DNA of 64,000 bases from Clostridia bacterium (GCA_050951325.1 JBMNIW010000005.1:1-64000); one strand, 5' to 3'. Counted from the stretch's first letter, positions 40,120 through 50,451 are shown. The notes: generated by a model not told the origin, from the letters alone. Numbers and translations are program-made.

Positions 40120-40310
40120 AATATGTACCCTCCATTATTTTTTTATTTTTTTGATTGTTTTTATATATTCTAAATAAAAACATGTAGCAATACAATTATT
40201 TCCCAAAATAGTGGGGTGTTTGTGGTACATATATATGCATCATATCGTTATTTATGAATAAATAATGGAGGGAAAATTCTAAAGTTAGGCATGTTGAATA
40301 TTTCCCGACT

Positions 40311-41087
40311 TTAGCTTTGTTTCAAAAAAATCCTGTAGATATCTTTGGCAACTCCTGAATTGTCACAAATATCTATTACAACAGCGTTCAGCATAAAGCT
40401 GCCTTTTGCAGGTTCGAATCTTGTAGGCATGGAGCGAACAAACTTCTCCATTACACATTTTATGTCCATGCCAATTATACTGTGTATTGGTCCGGTCATT
40501 CCGGCATCGGAAATGAAGGCAGTGCCGTTTGGGAGAATGCGTTCATCCGCTGTCTGGACATGAGTGTGGGTGCCAATTACGCAGGAACACAATCCGTCTA
40601 TATACAGCGCCAATGCGATTTTTTCAGACGTGGCCTCCGCATGAAAATCCACAACAATGATATTTGTATACTGGCGCATTTCATGAAGACATTCAGTGGC
40701 ACATTCAAAGGGATTGTCCACATGGTCCATGAAGACACGCCCTTGAAGATTCAAAATGCCTATGTCTCCCTTGTTTGTGTTGACAATACACCAGCCTTTG
40801 CCGGGAAGAGATTTTGACATGTTTGCTGGTCTTACAATTGGGAAGTCATCGATGAACGAAAGAGTATCTTTCTGTCCCCAAGCATGGTTTCCAAGTGTGA
40901 TGAAATCCACACCACTAGCGTATATTTCATCTGCAGTTTGCTTTGTGATACCTTTTCCGTGTGCCGCATTTTCGCCGTTGGCAATGCAAAAGTCAATATC
41001 ATGCTCGCTTATTAGATCTTTAAGCCAGAGATTTAGTGCCTGACGTCCCGGACGTGCGAATACGTCCCCAATAAAAAGTATTTTCAC
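40311..41087 (-). CDS. ymdB: YmdB/TIGR00282-family metallophosphoesterase
   Basis: IGDV, NGEN, TLGNH, DFHAEATSEK, GTHTHVQT, DAGMTGP. Confidence 0.93.
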   Translation of the reverse strand: MKILFIGDVFARPGRQALNLWLKDLISEHDIDFCIANGENAAHGKGITKQTADEIYASGVDFITLGNHAWGQKDTLSFIDDFPIVRPANMSKSLPGKGWCIVNTNKGDIGILNLQGRVFMDHVDNPFECATECLHEMRQYTNIIVVDFHAEATSEKIALALYIDGLCSCVIGTHTHVQTADERILPNGTAFISDAGMTGPIHSIIGMDIKCVMEKFVRSMPTRFEPAKGSFMLNAVVIDICDNSGVAKDIYRIFLKQS

Positions 41088-41177
41088 AGCGTTTACCTTT
41101 CTAATTACATGTATTATTTGAATAAATATTGGATTTGATATATAATATTATCACTTTAAAAGGATGGGGTCAAGATT

Positions 41178-41915
41178 TTGCCTATGAGACAAGTTTGTAT
41201 AAATCAGGAGAAAAACGATATAATTCAGTTATTTACCACAAGATACACAGGTAATATGAGCCATACAAGGGAAGAAAACAAACAGAATGTTGATAAAAGA
41301 TTTGAAATGATAGCCAATACATTCAACATGAGTGTTGACAGAATGGTTTTACTTAATCAGACACATGGGACAGATATTTTTGTTGCTGACGAAAGCTACA
41401 TAAGAGGAGAAAAACCTGTTTGCGATGCATCTGTGACAAATGTGCCTGGCATTTGTCTTGTTACCATTCATGCTGACTGTGTTCCTGTATATTTCCATGA
41501 TAAAAAAACGAAAAGCATCGGGCTTGCCCATTCGGGTTGGAAGGGAACATTGGACGGCATAAGTATACATGTTCTTGATAAAATGAATGAGGTATACGGT
41601 ACAAAGGCTGAGGATGTGGAAATTGTCATAGGTCCGTGCATTTGCAAAAGTTGTTTTGAAGTTAAAAATGATGTATACTCTCTCTTTGCTGGCAAATATC
41701 CAGATTATGCTGATTGCATTACAGAGGGAAATATTGACCTTAAAGGAGTAATTATACGTGGTCTGTTGGATAAGGGAGTCAGAGAGGAGAATATAATTGA
41801 TATGGACATATGTACATGTCATAATGAAGATTTGTTCTTTTCTCACCGAAGAGGCACTAAAAGAAACAAATCTGGCGAAGGCGCAATGGCTGCGCTTGCC
41901 TGTTTGAAAGGATAG
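41178..41915 (+). CDS. pgeF: PgeF/YfiH family (peptidoglycan editing factor, laccase-like domain)
   Basis: FTTR, Q.HG, ADC.P, HSGWKG, GP.I...CFEV, CT....FFSHR. Confidence 0.9.
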   Translation: MPMRQVCINQEKNDIIQLFTTRYTGNMSHTREENKQNVDKRFEMIANTFNMSVDRMVLLNQTHGTDIFVADESYIRGEKPVCDASVTNVPGICLVTIHADCVPVYFHDKKTKSIGLAHSGWKGTLDGISIHVLDKMNEVYGTKAEDVEIVIGPCICKSCFEVKNDVYSLFAGKYPDYADCITEGNIDLKGVIIRGLLDKGVREENIIDMDICTCHNEDLFFSHRRGTKRNKSGEGAMAALACLKG

Positions 41916-41918
41916 ATT

Positions 41919-43520
41919 ATGAAAAGGGTTTTAGTCTCAGTTGTCGTTATGGTTATGCTTTTTTTAGCGGGCTGCGGAGATTCAAATGATGTTAATACAA
42001 CGCCCCAACCAACGATGAATATTAATGAACCGATGCCGACTCCTGTAGGAGAATTAAAGGTAAAACCTGTCAGCGGTGGCACTGTGACATTGGGAGTTTC
42101 GAAGTTTCGAACCCTTAATCCTCTGGTAGCTGACAATGAGGATATGAAGCACTATTTAAATCTTGTTTACGATCCTCTTTTCAAACTTGACTTTCAGCAG
42201 AATGTTCTTCCTTGTCTTGCTGTCAGTGCAAAGACACAGGACAAGGGCATGTCATGGGAGATAAGTTTAAGGAAGGATGTTGTATGGCATGATGACAAGG
42301 CTTTTTCAGCTGCTGACTGCATTCATACAATTAATTTTCTTATGAAAAACGACAGCCTTTACAGTGCAAATGTGGCTAATATTGAAGAATGCACGCTTAT
42401 AGATGAATATACTTTCAGCATAAAGCTCAGGAAACCTGATATGTATGTTGCGGGAAAACTTACATTCCCGATTGTATCCGCAACTGCAACAGGAATTGAT
42501 AAGAATGCTGTAGGCACTTCCATGTACAGACATATTATTACGGAAGATAACAAGATGGTGCTTGTGGCAAATGACAAGTATTGGGGTAAAATGCCATATA
42601 TTGAAACTGTGGAAATCCACTTTTTTGACAATGAAAGGCTTAAATATGAGTCAAACTGTGATTTGTTGTTGTTGACAGGTTCCAATGTCACAAGGTATAT
42701 GAACAAGGCAGGATACATATCCTACAAATATACTGGAAGGAATTATGTATGTCTTGTTCCAAATTTAAGAACCAACAATGTGGCAATGGATGTGAATATT
42801 AGAAAAGCTCTTATGCACATTATTGACTTTGAGAGGGTAATTAATGCAAGCGTGTCGGGTAACGGCATAAAGGCTGCATGGCCGGTCATGCCTGGCACAA
42901 GATATACAAAGGAATCTTCCCACATGTATGAGAGGGATTTGAACAAAGCTGTGGAATACCTTGAAAGGGCCGGTTATCGAAAGCTGGATGACGGGTACTG
43001 GTATAAAGCGAGCGATACTCAAAGAAGATATCCACTGACGATTCCTGTCAATGTTTTGTCTGTTGACACGGAGATGCGTCTATGTGCGGAAAACATAAAA
43101 AAACAGGTCGAGGAAATTGGTATAATATTTTCAATTAACTATCAGACCGAGGCGGACTTTGAGACAGCTTTAACGAGCAACAATTTTTCATGTGCGCTCT
43201 TAAGTTTCTATATCGGATCCTGGCCAGATATTGAACCCTTGTTTGCAACGGAGGGAGTCATGAATCTTAGTGGATATACGAATGAAGAACTTGACGGTCT
43301 TTTGGCAGGTTTGTTTGAAAAGGACTCCATCCTGGATGATATGACCAGGATAAAGGGTATATTGGATGATGATCTTCCTATAATGGGTCTTTATATATCC
43401 CAGGAAGCAATAGTGATTTCAGAAAAGATATACGGCAAGGATGCAGAGTACAACTTCTGGAGTCTGTTGGACAATTTTGGAAACCTGCATATGTTTACTG
43501 AAGGGATTATAGAGGAATGA
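41919..43520 (+). CDS. ABC transporter substrate-binding lipoprotein, family 5 (stand-alone)
   Basis: Lipobox LAGC; TLNPL, VYDPLF, LRKDVVWHD...FSA.D, IRKAL. Confidence 0.85.
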   Translation: MKRVLVSVVVMVMLFLAGCGDSNDVNTTPQPTMNINEPMPTPVGELKVKPVSGGTVTLGVSKFRTLNPLVADNEDMKHYLNLVYDPLFKLDFQQNVLPCLAVSAKTQDKGMSWEISLRKDVVWHDDKAFSAADCIHTINFLMKNDSLYSANVANIEECTLIDEYTFSIKLRKPDMYVAGKLTFPIVSATATGIDKNAVGTSMYRHIITEDNKMVLVANDKYWGKMPYIETVEIHFFDNERLKYESNCDLLLLTGSNVTRYMNKAGYISYKYTGRNYVCLVPNLRTNNVAMDVNIRKALMHIIDFERVINASVSGNGIKAAWPVMPGTRYTKESSHMYERDLNKAVEYLERAGYRKLDDGYWYKASDTQRRYPLTIPVNVLSVDTEMRLCAENIKKQVEEIGIIFSINYQTEADFETALTSNNFSCALLSFYIGSWPDIEPLFATEGVMNLSGYTNEELDGLLAGLFEKDSILDDMTRIKGILDDDLPIMGLYISQEAIVISEKIYGKDAEYNFWSLLDNFGNLHMFTEGIIEE

Positions 43521-44068
43521 ATAAGTGGAGGAATGAGATGTTTTTTGTAGTTAGCATTCTGCTGATAATAGCGGATCAGATTTTCAAAATAATAGTTTCA
43601 TCAAGGATACCATATGGTAGCGGTATTGAAGTGATTCCAGGTTTTTTTGAACTGGTTTATTGGAAAAACACAGGGGCTGCCTGGGGAATATTTTCAGATG
43701 GAACTTTCTATCTTACGATAATATCCGCTGTTGCGTCTCTTGTAATTATTGCTTTGATACCTAAGGCTAGATCGTTGTTTTTAAAAACATCATTGTCTTT
43801 GATTCTTGCTGGAGCAGTAGGGAATCTGATTGACCGTGTAAGACTTGGCTATGTGGTAGATTTCTTGTCATTTGACATATTCGGATACGATTTTCCAGTA
43901 TTCAATTTAGCAGATATGTGCATCGTAATTGGATGTATTTTGATGATTATCTATGTATTATTCATACATAAGGAAAATCAGCCTTTGTTTAACAATTTTG
44001 TGTTTATTCAGAAGTTGAAGGTAAGAAGCAAAAAATCATCAGAAGAGGAAGATGCCGGTGTACAATAA
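43517..44068 (+). CDS. lspA: Lipoprotein signal peptidase II
   Basis: DQ..K, NTGAAWG, GAVGNLIDR, VVDF, PVFNLAD. Confidence 0.96.
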   Translation: MNKWRNEMFFVVSILLIIADQIFKIIVSSRIPYGSGIEVIPGFFELVYWKNTGAAWGIFSDGTFYLTIISAVASLVIIALIPKARSLFLKTSLSLILAGAVGNLIDRVRLGYVVDFLSFDIFGYDFPVFNLADMCIVIGCILMIIYVLFIHKENQPLFNNFVFIQKLKVRSKKSSEEEDAGVQ

Positions 44069-44999
44069 TGACATGGAGGATATGGAATATATTGAAGCGG
44101 TAGTAAGTGCTGAATATCAGGGCGAAAGACTGGATGTTTTTCTAACCGAGTATTTGGCAGACTATTTTGATGCCATCAGTAGAAGCTATGTACAGAAACT
44201 CATAAAAGATGGGCTTGTAACAAGAAAGGGAAAAGTTGTCAAGGCAAACGAAAAGGTCAAGGAAAATGACCTTTTCGATGTTCAATTCAAGGAGCCTGCG
44301 GAGCTGGAGGCAAAACCTGAGAACATACCCGTTGAAATAGTTTATGAAGATGAAGATATTGTGGTGGTTAACAAGGAGAGGGGAATGGTGGTACATCCTG
44401 CGGCTGGCAACCATTCAGGAACCTTGGTTAATGCTCTTTTGTATCACTGCAAGGATCTGTCGGATATTGGAGGTACCATAAGACCGGGTATTGTGCACAG
44501 GCTTGACAAGGATACCACTGGTCTCATGGTGGTGGCCAAGAACAATATGTCCCATTTGTTTTTGTCGAGTGAAATAAAGGAGAGACGGGTTACAAGAAAA
44601 TACATGGCTCTGGTGGAGGGACAGGTTATGGAAAACAAAGGCCATATAGATGCGCCAATTGGAAGACACAAGACTGATAGAAAGAAAATGGCGGTTGATG
44701 TCAGGAATGGCAAGGAGGCAAGAACTTATTATACTGTAATAGAAAGGTATAATGAGTTTACACTGCTGGAGTGTACATTGGAAACAGGCAGAACCCACCA
44801 GATAAGAGTGCATCTTTCATATATTGGGTATCCGGTTGTAGGAGATCCCGTGTATGGCAGAAAGGACACAAGAGGAATGCCTGGACAGCTCCTGCATGCA
44901 TACAATTTGGAGTTTGTACATCCGAGGACGAAGGAGTTCATGAGCTTTAAAAGCGATATGCCGAAGGAGTTTTACGAGCTTTTGAATAAATTTGACTGA
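44052..44999 (+). CDS. RluA/RluD-family pseudouridine synthase
   Basis: S4 domain (RLD.FL, SRS..QKLI), HRLDKDTTG, TGRTHQIRVH. Confidence 0.95.
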   Translation: MPVYNNDMEDMEYIEAVVSAEYQGERLDVFLTEYLADYFDAISRSYVQKLIKDGLVTRKGKVVKANEKVKENDLFDVQFKEPAELEAKPENIPVEIVYEDEDIVVVNKERGMVVHPAAGNHSGTLVNALLYHCKDLSDIGGTIRPGIVHRLDKDTTGLMVVAKNNMSHLFLSSEIKERRVTRKYMALVEGQVMENKGHIDAPIGRHKTDRKKMAVDVRNGKEARTYYTVIERYNEFTLLECTLETGRTHQIRVHLSYIGYPVVGDPVYGRKDTRGMPGQLLHAYNLEFVHPRTKEFMSFKSDMPKEFYELLNKFD

Positions 45000-45024
45000 T
45001 AAATTTTATTATGATAAAATTTAT
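44992..45024 (+). promoter_or_regulatory. Internal sigma-A promoter overlapped by an 11-bp inverted repeat
   Basis: TTGACT-N17-TAAAAT (TGA extended -10); ATAAATTTTAT-TATG-ATAAAATTTAT at 44999-45024. Confidence 0.6.
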
Positions 45025-45027
45025 TAT

Positions 45028-45726
45028 ATGGATATACATTCTAAAAGAGATATTGGCAGGGAATATATATCCAAACTGGAGCTTCTTGGAACCATGCATA
45101 TTACCAGCAGTCAGTTATACAGCTGGAAAAGAAAAGGACTTATACCCAAGGAGTGGTTCGTGAAAAAGGTGACCCGGACTGGGCAAATAACTGTTTTCCC
45201 CCGGAAATTGATTGTAACCAGGATAAGGGACATACTTAGGTACAAGGAGAAATACAGTTTGGATAAAGTGGAGAAGCTAATATCCCCCGAAACAACAAAC
45301 AGAAGGTTTTCCTTGGGTGAGATCTTACGAATAAAGGAAATAAATCCTGATATATTGGATGAAAACAAGACAAATTTTACATATACCGAGATTTTGGTTT
45401 TGATTGTATTAACAGATTTTCAAAAAAAGATAAAAGCAACCGGCATTGTTGTCTCAGAATTGATTGACATTCTTTTTGATGTTGAGATAAGGGTTGAGAC
45501 TGATACGGTTGTTATTGCAGAATACAAAGGTGAATATTTTTCAATAATAACCGTGGATGACAATGTGTACATCCCTGATTCTGGTTGCAGAATTGTATGT
45601 AGATACAACATGTGTGAAGTTTCGGAAGAATTCAAGAAAAAGTATGAAAGTATGCTTGTAGTAGATAGGGAAGAAATGGTAAGAAAATGTATTGAGACAA
45701 TTACAAAAGAAATAGGAGGTGAATAA
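45028..45726 (+). CDS. YhbD/DUF4004 family protein (MerR-like HTH N-terminus)
   Basis: ISK.ELL....I...QLY.WKRKGLIP.EWF......TGQ.T.FPR; start placed at ATG 45028. Confidence 0.8.
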   Translation: MDIHSKRDIGREYISKLELLGTMHITSSQLYSWKRKGLIPKEWFVKKVTRTGQITVFPRKLIVTRIRDILRYKEKYSLDKVEKLISPETTNRRFSLGEILRIKEINPDILDENKTNFTYTEILVLIVLTDFQKKIKATGIVVSELIDILFDVEIRVETDTVVIAEYKGEYFSIITVDDNVYIPDSGCRIVCRYNMCEVSEEFKKKYESMLVVDREEMVRKCIETITKEIGGE

Positions 45727-46416
45727 ATGCCTTATTTTTTCATTGACTACTGGTATGTAGTGCTGGTGCTTCCTGTTTTGGTGGCATCAATGATAATACA
45801 AGTAAAACTGCAGTCCACATACAACCGCTATTCGCAGGTAAGAAGCAGAAGTGGGTATACAGGAGCACAAATAGCTGAAAAGGTTCTGAGGGAAAACGGC
45901 ATATATGATGTAAGGGTGGAACACGTAAGAGGAAATCTGACAGACCATTATAGTCCTAAGGAGAATGTAATTAGGCTGTCGGATGGTGTATACAACAGTA
46001 CAAGTGTAGCTGCTCTGGGAATTGCCTGTCATGAGGTAGGTCATGCTATTCAGTATCATCGAAATTATGCGCCAATTATGGTACGCAATGCGTTTGTTCC
46101 TGTTGCAAACATCGGTTCAATGATTTCCTGGCCTCTGGTTCTTATAGGGTTGGTTATGGGATTTGGACAACTTGTTACCATTGGAATTGTTTTGTTTGCA
46201 AGTGTTGCTTTGTTCCAGTTGATCACACTTCCTGTTGAGTTGAATGCTTCCAGAAGGGCCATACAGGCGCTCGACAGAGGTATTCTTGACCAGGCTGAAC
46301 TTAACGGGACTAAAAGGGTTTTATGGGCTGCTGCCATGACGTATGTTGCCGCATTGGCGCTTTCAATCGCACAGCTTTTGAGACTGCTTCTTTTGACAAG
46401 AGGCCGCAGGGATTAG
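45727..46416 (+). CDS. YugP-like neutral zinc metallopeptidase
   Basis: LTDHY.P, ACHEVGHA.Q, TLPVE.NASRRA, AAAMTYVA. Confidence 0.93.
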   Translation: MPYFFIDYWYVVLVLPVLVASMIIQVKLQSTYNRYSQVRSRSGYTGAQIAEKVLRENGIYDVRVEHVRGNLTDHYSPKENVIRLSDGVYNSTSVAALGIACHEVGHAIQYHRNYAPIMVRNAFVPVANIGSMISWPLVLIGLVMGFGQLVTIGIVLFASVALFQLITLPVELNASRRAIQALDRGILDQAELNGTKRVLWAAAMTYVAALALSIAQLLRLLLLTRGRRD

Positions 46417-46433
46417 ATTTTGAATAAGGATAA

Positions 46434-46471
46434 AGGCAGGCTGGATTAAACAATCCAGCTTGTTTTTTTTT
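46434..46471 (+). terminator. Rho-independent terminator
   Basis: GGCAGGCTGGATT...AATCCAGCTTGTT followed by a T-run. Confidence 0.7.
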
Positions 46472-46483
46472 GGAATCCTCCAC

Positions 46484-46548
46484 TTGACACACATTTAAGT
46501 TTACATTATTATATTCTAAATTGCTTGCAAGCAGTTGCTTGAAAGCAA
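46484..46548 (+). promoter_or_regulatory. sigma-A promoter plus tandem palindromic operator
   Basis: TTGACA-N17-TATTAT, then TTGCTTGCAAGCAG and TTGCTTGAAAGCAA. Confidence 0.6.
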
Positions 46549-46601
46549 TTCATGCTAAATAGCCATTTACATGGCATTTCTTATTACAGGAGGCTATCTG
46601 A

Positions 46602-47759
46602 ATGACAACTGAAAAACTGCTGATGACACCAGGTCCTACCATGTTGCCGCCTAGCGTTCTTGAAGTAATGCGACGGCAAATTATTCATCATAGGACAAAA
46701 GATTTTGAACAAACATTAGATGCATTGCAGCAAGGTTTAAAACATGTTTATGGAACTAAACAAGTTGTAATTACTCTCGCTTCGTCAGGGTCGGGGGCAA
46801 TGGAGGCTTGTGTATCCAATTTGTTTTCCGTTAACGACAAAGTATTGGCAGTTAGCATAGGGAATTTTGGAGACAGGTTTGCAAAGATAGCACAATGCTT
46901 TGGCCTTGATGTCATAAGACTGGATTATGAATGGGGCAAGGCTGCTGTCAAGGAAGATATTAAGGCAATACTTGACAAGGAAAAGGATATCAAAGGTATC
47001 CTTATAACTCACAATGAGACTTCAACAGGAGTTTCAAATGATATAAAGGCAATAAGCGAACTTACAAGAGATACTGATATATTATTGTGCGTGGACGCAA
47101 TCAGCGCTCTTGGAGGTCTTGAAATGCGTTTTGACGAATGGGGTATTGACTGTGTTGTTGCAGGTTCCCAGAAAGCATTAATGGCACCTCCCGGGCTTGG
47201 TTTTATTGCGCTAAGTGAAAAGGCATGGAATGCTGCAAAAAGCAGCAATATTCCCAAATTCTATTTTGACTTGAAAAAATACAAAGCTGGAATAGAGGGA
47301 TTGGGAGCAAATCCTCCATACACTCCAGCCATAACAACAATGATGGCACAAGCCGAGGCACTAAAACTTATAATGGAAGAGGGGCTCGAGAATATATATG
47401 AAAGGCATAGAAGGCTAGCCCTTGCAACCCAGAAGGGGGTAAAAGCCCTGGGACTTGAACTTCTGCCTGATGAAAAGGATTCATCGTATATAATTACGGC
47501 TGTAAGGGCGCCTGAGGGAATCAATATTAAAAACGTCATAAACAGGATGAACAATGAGTTTGATATAATGATAACAGGCGGCCAGGGCAAGCTGAAGGGT
47601 AATATCTTCAGGATAGGCCACTGTGGTTATTGTTCTGGTACGGATATTATTAAGACTTTCTCGGCCCTTGAGATATGCCTGGAGAAGGAAGGATACAAGT
47701 TTGAAAGTGGTATGGCAGTTAAGGCAATACAAAATGAACTTAGAGGAGAGAGAATATGA
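46602..47759 (+). CDS. Class V PLP aminotransferase (alanine-glyoxylate/serine-pyruvate type; likely phosphoserine transaminase role)
   Basis: MTPGPT, SSGSGAME, HNETSTGV, VDAIS, GSQKAL..PPG, FRIGH; upstream of serA. Confidence 0.9.
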   Translation: MTTEKLLMTPGPTMLPPSVLEVMRRQIIHHRTKDFEQTLDALQQGLKHVYGTKQVVITLASSGSGAMEACVSNLFSVNDKVLAVSIGNFGDRFAKIAQCFGLDVIRLDYEWGKAAVKEDIKAILDKEKDIKGILITHNETSTGVSNDIKAISELTRDTDILLCVDAISALGGLEMRFDEWGIDCVVAGSQKALMAPPGLGFIALSEKAWNAAKSSNIPKFYFDLKKYKAGIEGLGANPPYTPAITTMMAQAEALKLIMEEGLENIYERHRRLALATQKGVKALGLELLPDEKDSSYIITAVRAPEGINIKNVINRMNNEFDIMITGGQGKLKGNIFRIGHCGYCSGTDIIKTFSALEICLEKEGYKFESGMAVKAIQNELRGERI

Positions 47760-49360
47760 GGATTATTGTAACAGAGAGCATAGCTGAAGAAGGTATACAG
47801 TATTTAATAGACAATGGTTTTGATGTTGATGTAAGATTCGGCATTGACAGGGAGGAACTTCTTTCTGTTATTGAAAATTATGATGCAATAATCATTAGAA
47901 GTGTAACCAAGATAGATGACGAGCTTTTGGAGAAAGCGAAAAACTTGAAGGTTGTTGGAAGAGCAGGCAATGGCGTTGACAATATAAAGCTTGGCAGCTG
48001 TACAAAGAGAGGTATCATTGTTGTAAATACTCCAGAATCAAATATTATGGCTGCTGCGGAACTGGCAGTTGGTCTTGCTTTTGCTGTCTTCAGGAATATT
48101 GTGCAGGCGGTATCCGCAGGCAGAAACAATGATTTCAGAAGGGGCAACTTTATAGGCAATGAGCTTGACGGCAAAGTTGCCGGCATCGTCGGTCTTGGAC
48201 GAATTGGATCCATAGTAGCAAGAAAGCTTTTAGGTTGCAACATGAAGGTTGTTGCCTACGACCCATATATTACTGAAGAGCGCTTCAACAAAATGGGCGT
48301 AGTAAGATGCGAGACATTGGAAGATCTTTTAAAACAGTCTGATTTGATAACTATTCATACTCCAAAAACAAATGAAACTTACGGCATGATAGCTGATAAG
48401 GAACTTGCCATGTGCAAGGACGGTGTCAGGATTGTCAATGCAGCAAGAGGCGGCATTGTCGATGAAAAGGCCTTGTATGACGCTTTGTTATCCGGAAAAG
48501 TGGCTGCAGCTGCTCTTGACGTTTTGGATCCTGAACCAAACTACAACCTTCCACCCGAGAAGCAGACGTATACAAATCCGCTGCTTTCCTTGGACAACTG
48601 TATTTGCACGCCACACCTTGGTGCATCCACCCAGGAAGCAAACTTTAACGTAGGAACCGCAGTGGCGGAGCTGGTAGGAAGAGCATTAAAGGGAGAAGTT
48701 GTGCCGGCTGTCAACATGCCTCCTTTGAAGGCTGTTGACATGGAGGAAATCAGACCATATATTGATATGGCAATAATGCTCGGCAAGATTTACTACCAGG
48801 CGGAGAAAAAACGTGTTAGAAGGATAGAAATCACATACAAAGGTGATTTGGCTGACAAGGATACGGAGATCTTTACTCTGTCGGTAATCAAGGGCTTTTT
48901 GCAGCCGATAATTGAAACTCCAGTAAACTACGTTAATGCATACCATCTGCTTGAGTCAATGGGGGTAGAGCTTGTGGTAAGCAAGTCCACAAAGCTTCAC
49001 AAATACACAAACCTCATAAGTGTGAATTTCGTAACAAGTGACAAGGAGCTCAGTGTGGCAGGAACAGTATTCGCCAAGGAAGAGATAAGGCTTGTTGATT
49101 TCTTTGGATACAAACTGGACTTTGAGCCTTCGGAGAATGTTTTGGCAATACACAACAAGGATGTACCCGGTATGATAGGCAAGATTGGAACCATTCTTGG
49201 AGAGTCTGGAATCAACATTGCTGCAATGCAGTGGAGCAGGAAAGAGCGTGGCGACAAGGCGGAGGCTTTTGTGAGTGTTGATCAGGAAGTACCTGATAAT
49301 GTTGTTGATAAAATCAAACAGCTTGAAGGGGTACTTAAAGTATCAAGATTGAGTTTCTAA
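47756..49360 (+). CDS. serA: D-3-phosphoglycerate dehydrogenase (type I)
   Basis: GRAG.GVDNI, GLGRIG, N.ARGG, TPHLGAST.EA, C-terminal ACT (D.PG.IG.IG..LG...INI). Confidence 0.95.
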   Translation: MRIIVTESIAEEGIQYLIDNGFDVDVRFGIDREELLSVIENYDAIIIRSVTKIDDELLEKAKNLKVVGRAGNGVDNIKLGSCTKRGIIVVNTPESNIMAAAELAVGLAFAVFRNIVQAVSAGRNNDFRRGNFIGNELDGKVAGIVGLGRIGSIVARKLLGCNMKVVAYDPYITEERFNKMGVVRCETLEDLLKQSDLITIHTPKTNETYGMIADKELAMCKDGVRIVNAARGGIVDEKALYDALLSGKVAAAALDVLDPEPNYNLPPEKQTYTNPLLSLDNCICTPHLGASTQEANFNVGTAVAELVGRALKGEVVPAVNMPPLKAVDMEEIRPYIDMAIMLGKIYYQAEKKRVRRIEITYKGDLADKDTEIFTLSVIKGFLQPIIETPVNYVNAYHLLESMGVELVVSKSTKLHKYTNLISVNFVTSDKELSVAGTVFAKEEIRLVDFFGYKLDFEPSENVLAIHNKDVPGMIGKIGTILGESGINIAAMQWSRKERGDKAEAFVSVDQEVPDNVVDKIKQLEGVLKVSRLSF

Positions 49361-49361
49361 A

Positions 49362-50351
49362 ATGACAATTGCAAGTATTAGCATATCGGATATAATTACG
49401 CAGACGCTGATTCTGTTCTTATTAATAGGTTTGGGATACCTGTTTGCAAAAACAAAATACCTGCCCGAGTCCAGCGGGGTGGTATTGTCCAAACTGGTTA
49501 TAAAAGTTGCCATGCCCGCCACGATTCTAGTTAAGATGCTTGGGGCGGACTTTACCAGAGAGGATTACATAAACGGAATATACATTTATGTTTTTGCAAT
49601 CATATTCCTTTTGTTGACGCTTGGCATTTCGTTGTTTGCATCAAGAGTCATGAAGTTGTCAGATAAAACTGAAGGTGTCTATGCAATCCAGGCCATGTTT
49701 GGAAACGTGGCGTTCTTTGCACTTCCGCTTTTCCTGGTTTTGTTCGGCGAGGAAGGAGTTATTTATGCCATGTTTTTCAACATGGGAAACGACACCCTTC
49801 TTTGGTCCGTAGGCATCTTTATGGTTAACAGACACAAGGAAAGAGATATCAAGAAGAACCTAAAGCACATGATAAACGCCAACACAATAGCCTTTGTTCT
49901 CGGAATTCTGCTTATGGTGACAGGTTTAAATCAGGTGCTGCTTGATTCAAAATACTTCTTCAGCGTGTACAGTACCATAGATTATGTGGCAAGCATTACA
50001 ACTCCAATGTCGATGATATTCATAGGATTCATACTGGCAGGTATAAAGCTGAATGTGGGTGATTTTAAGAAGAAGGTTCCTATTCTTGTTTTGTCTTTTC
50101 AGAGACTGTTGTTGGTTCCGTTTTTATCCATGGCGGTGTTTGCACTGCTTGACGGTTTTGGCTTAATATCGGAATCTGTTGTATTGATAACTGTTTTGCA
50201 GCTGGCAATGCCTATTGGTACATTAACCGCATCTCTTGCCATGGAATATGAAAGCGATTATTTCTTTGCCACGGAATCGGTATTCATATCAACTTTGTTA
50301 AGTATTCTAACCCTTCCATTGATATCAGTATTGCTAAAAATTATATTTTAA
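49362..50351 (+). CDS. AEC (auxin efflux carrier) family transporter
   Basis: About 10 TM; FGN..F.ALP, P.SMI.IG, AMP, ST.LS..TLP. Confidence 0.9.
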   Translation: MTIASISISDIITQTLILFLLIGLGYLFAKTKYLPESSGVVLSKLVIKVAMPATILVKMLGADFTREDYINGIYIYVFAIIFLLLTLGISLFASRVMKLSDKTEGVYAIQAMFGNVAFFALPLFLVLFGEEGVIYAMFFNMGNDTLLWSVGIFMVNRHKERDIKKNLKHMINANTIAFVLGILLMVTGLNQVLLDSKYFFSVYSTIDYVASITTPMSMIFIGFILAGIKLNVGDFKKKVPILVLSFQRLLLVPFLSMAVFALLDGFGLISESVVLITVLQLAMPIGTLTASLAMEYESDYFFATESVFISTLLSILTLPLISVLLKIIF

Positions 50352-50355
50352 TAGC

Positions 50356-50392
50356 AAAACCGGTAATGAAAATATTAATCATTACCGGTTTT
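50356..50392 (+). terminator. Terminator
   Basis: AAAACCGGTAATGA-N9-TCATTACCGGTTTT. Confidence 0.7.
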
Positions 50393-50451
50393 CTTGTTGA
50401 AATAATTAACAGAACCGATATAATATAGATATAAAGATTTGGGAGGAAGTC

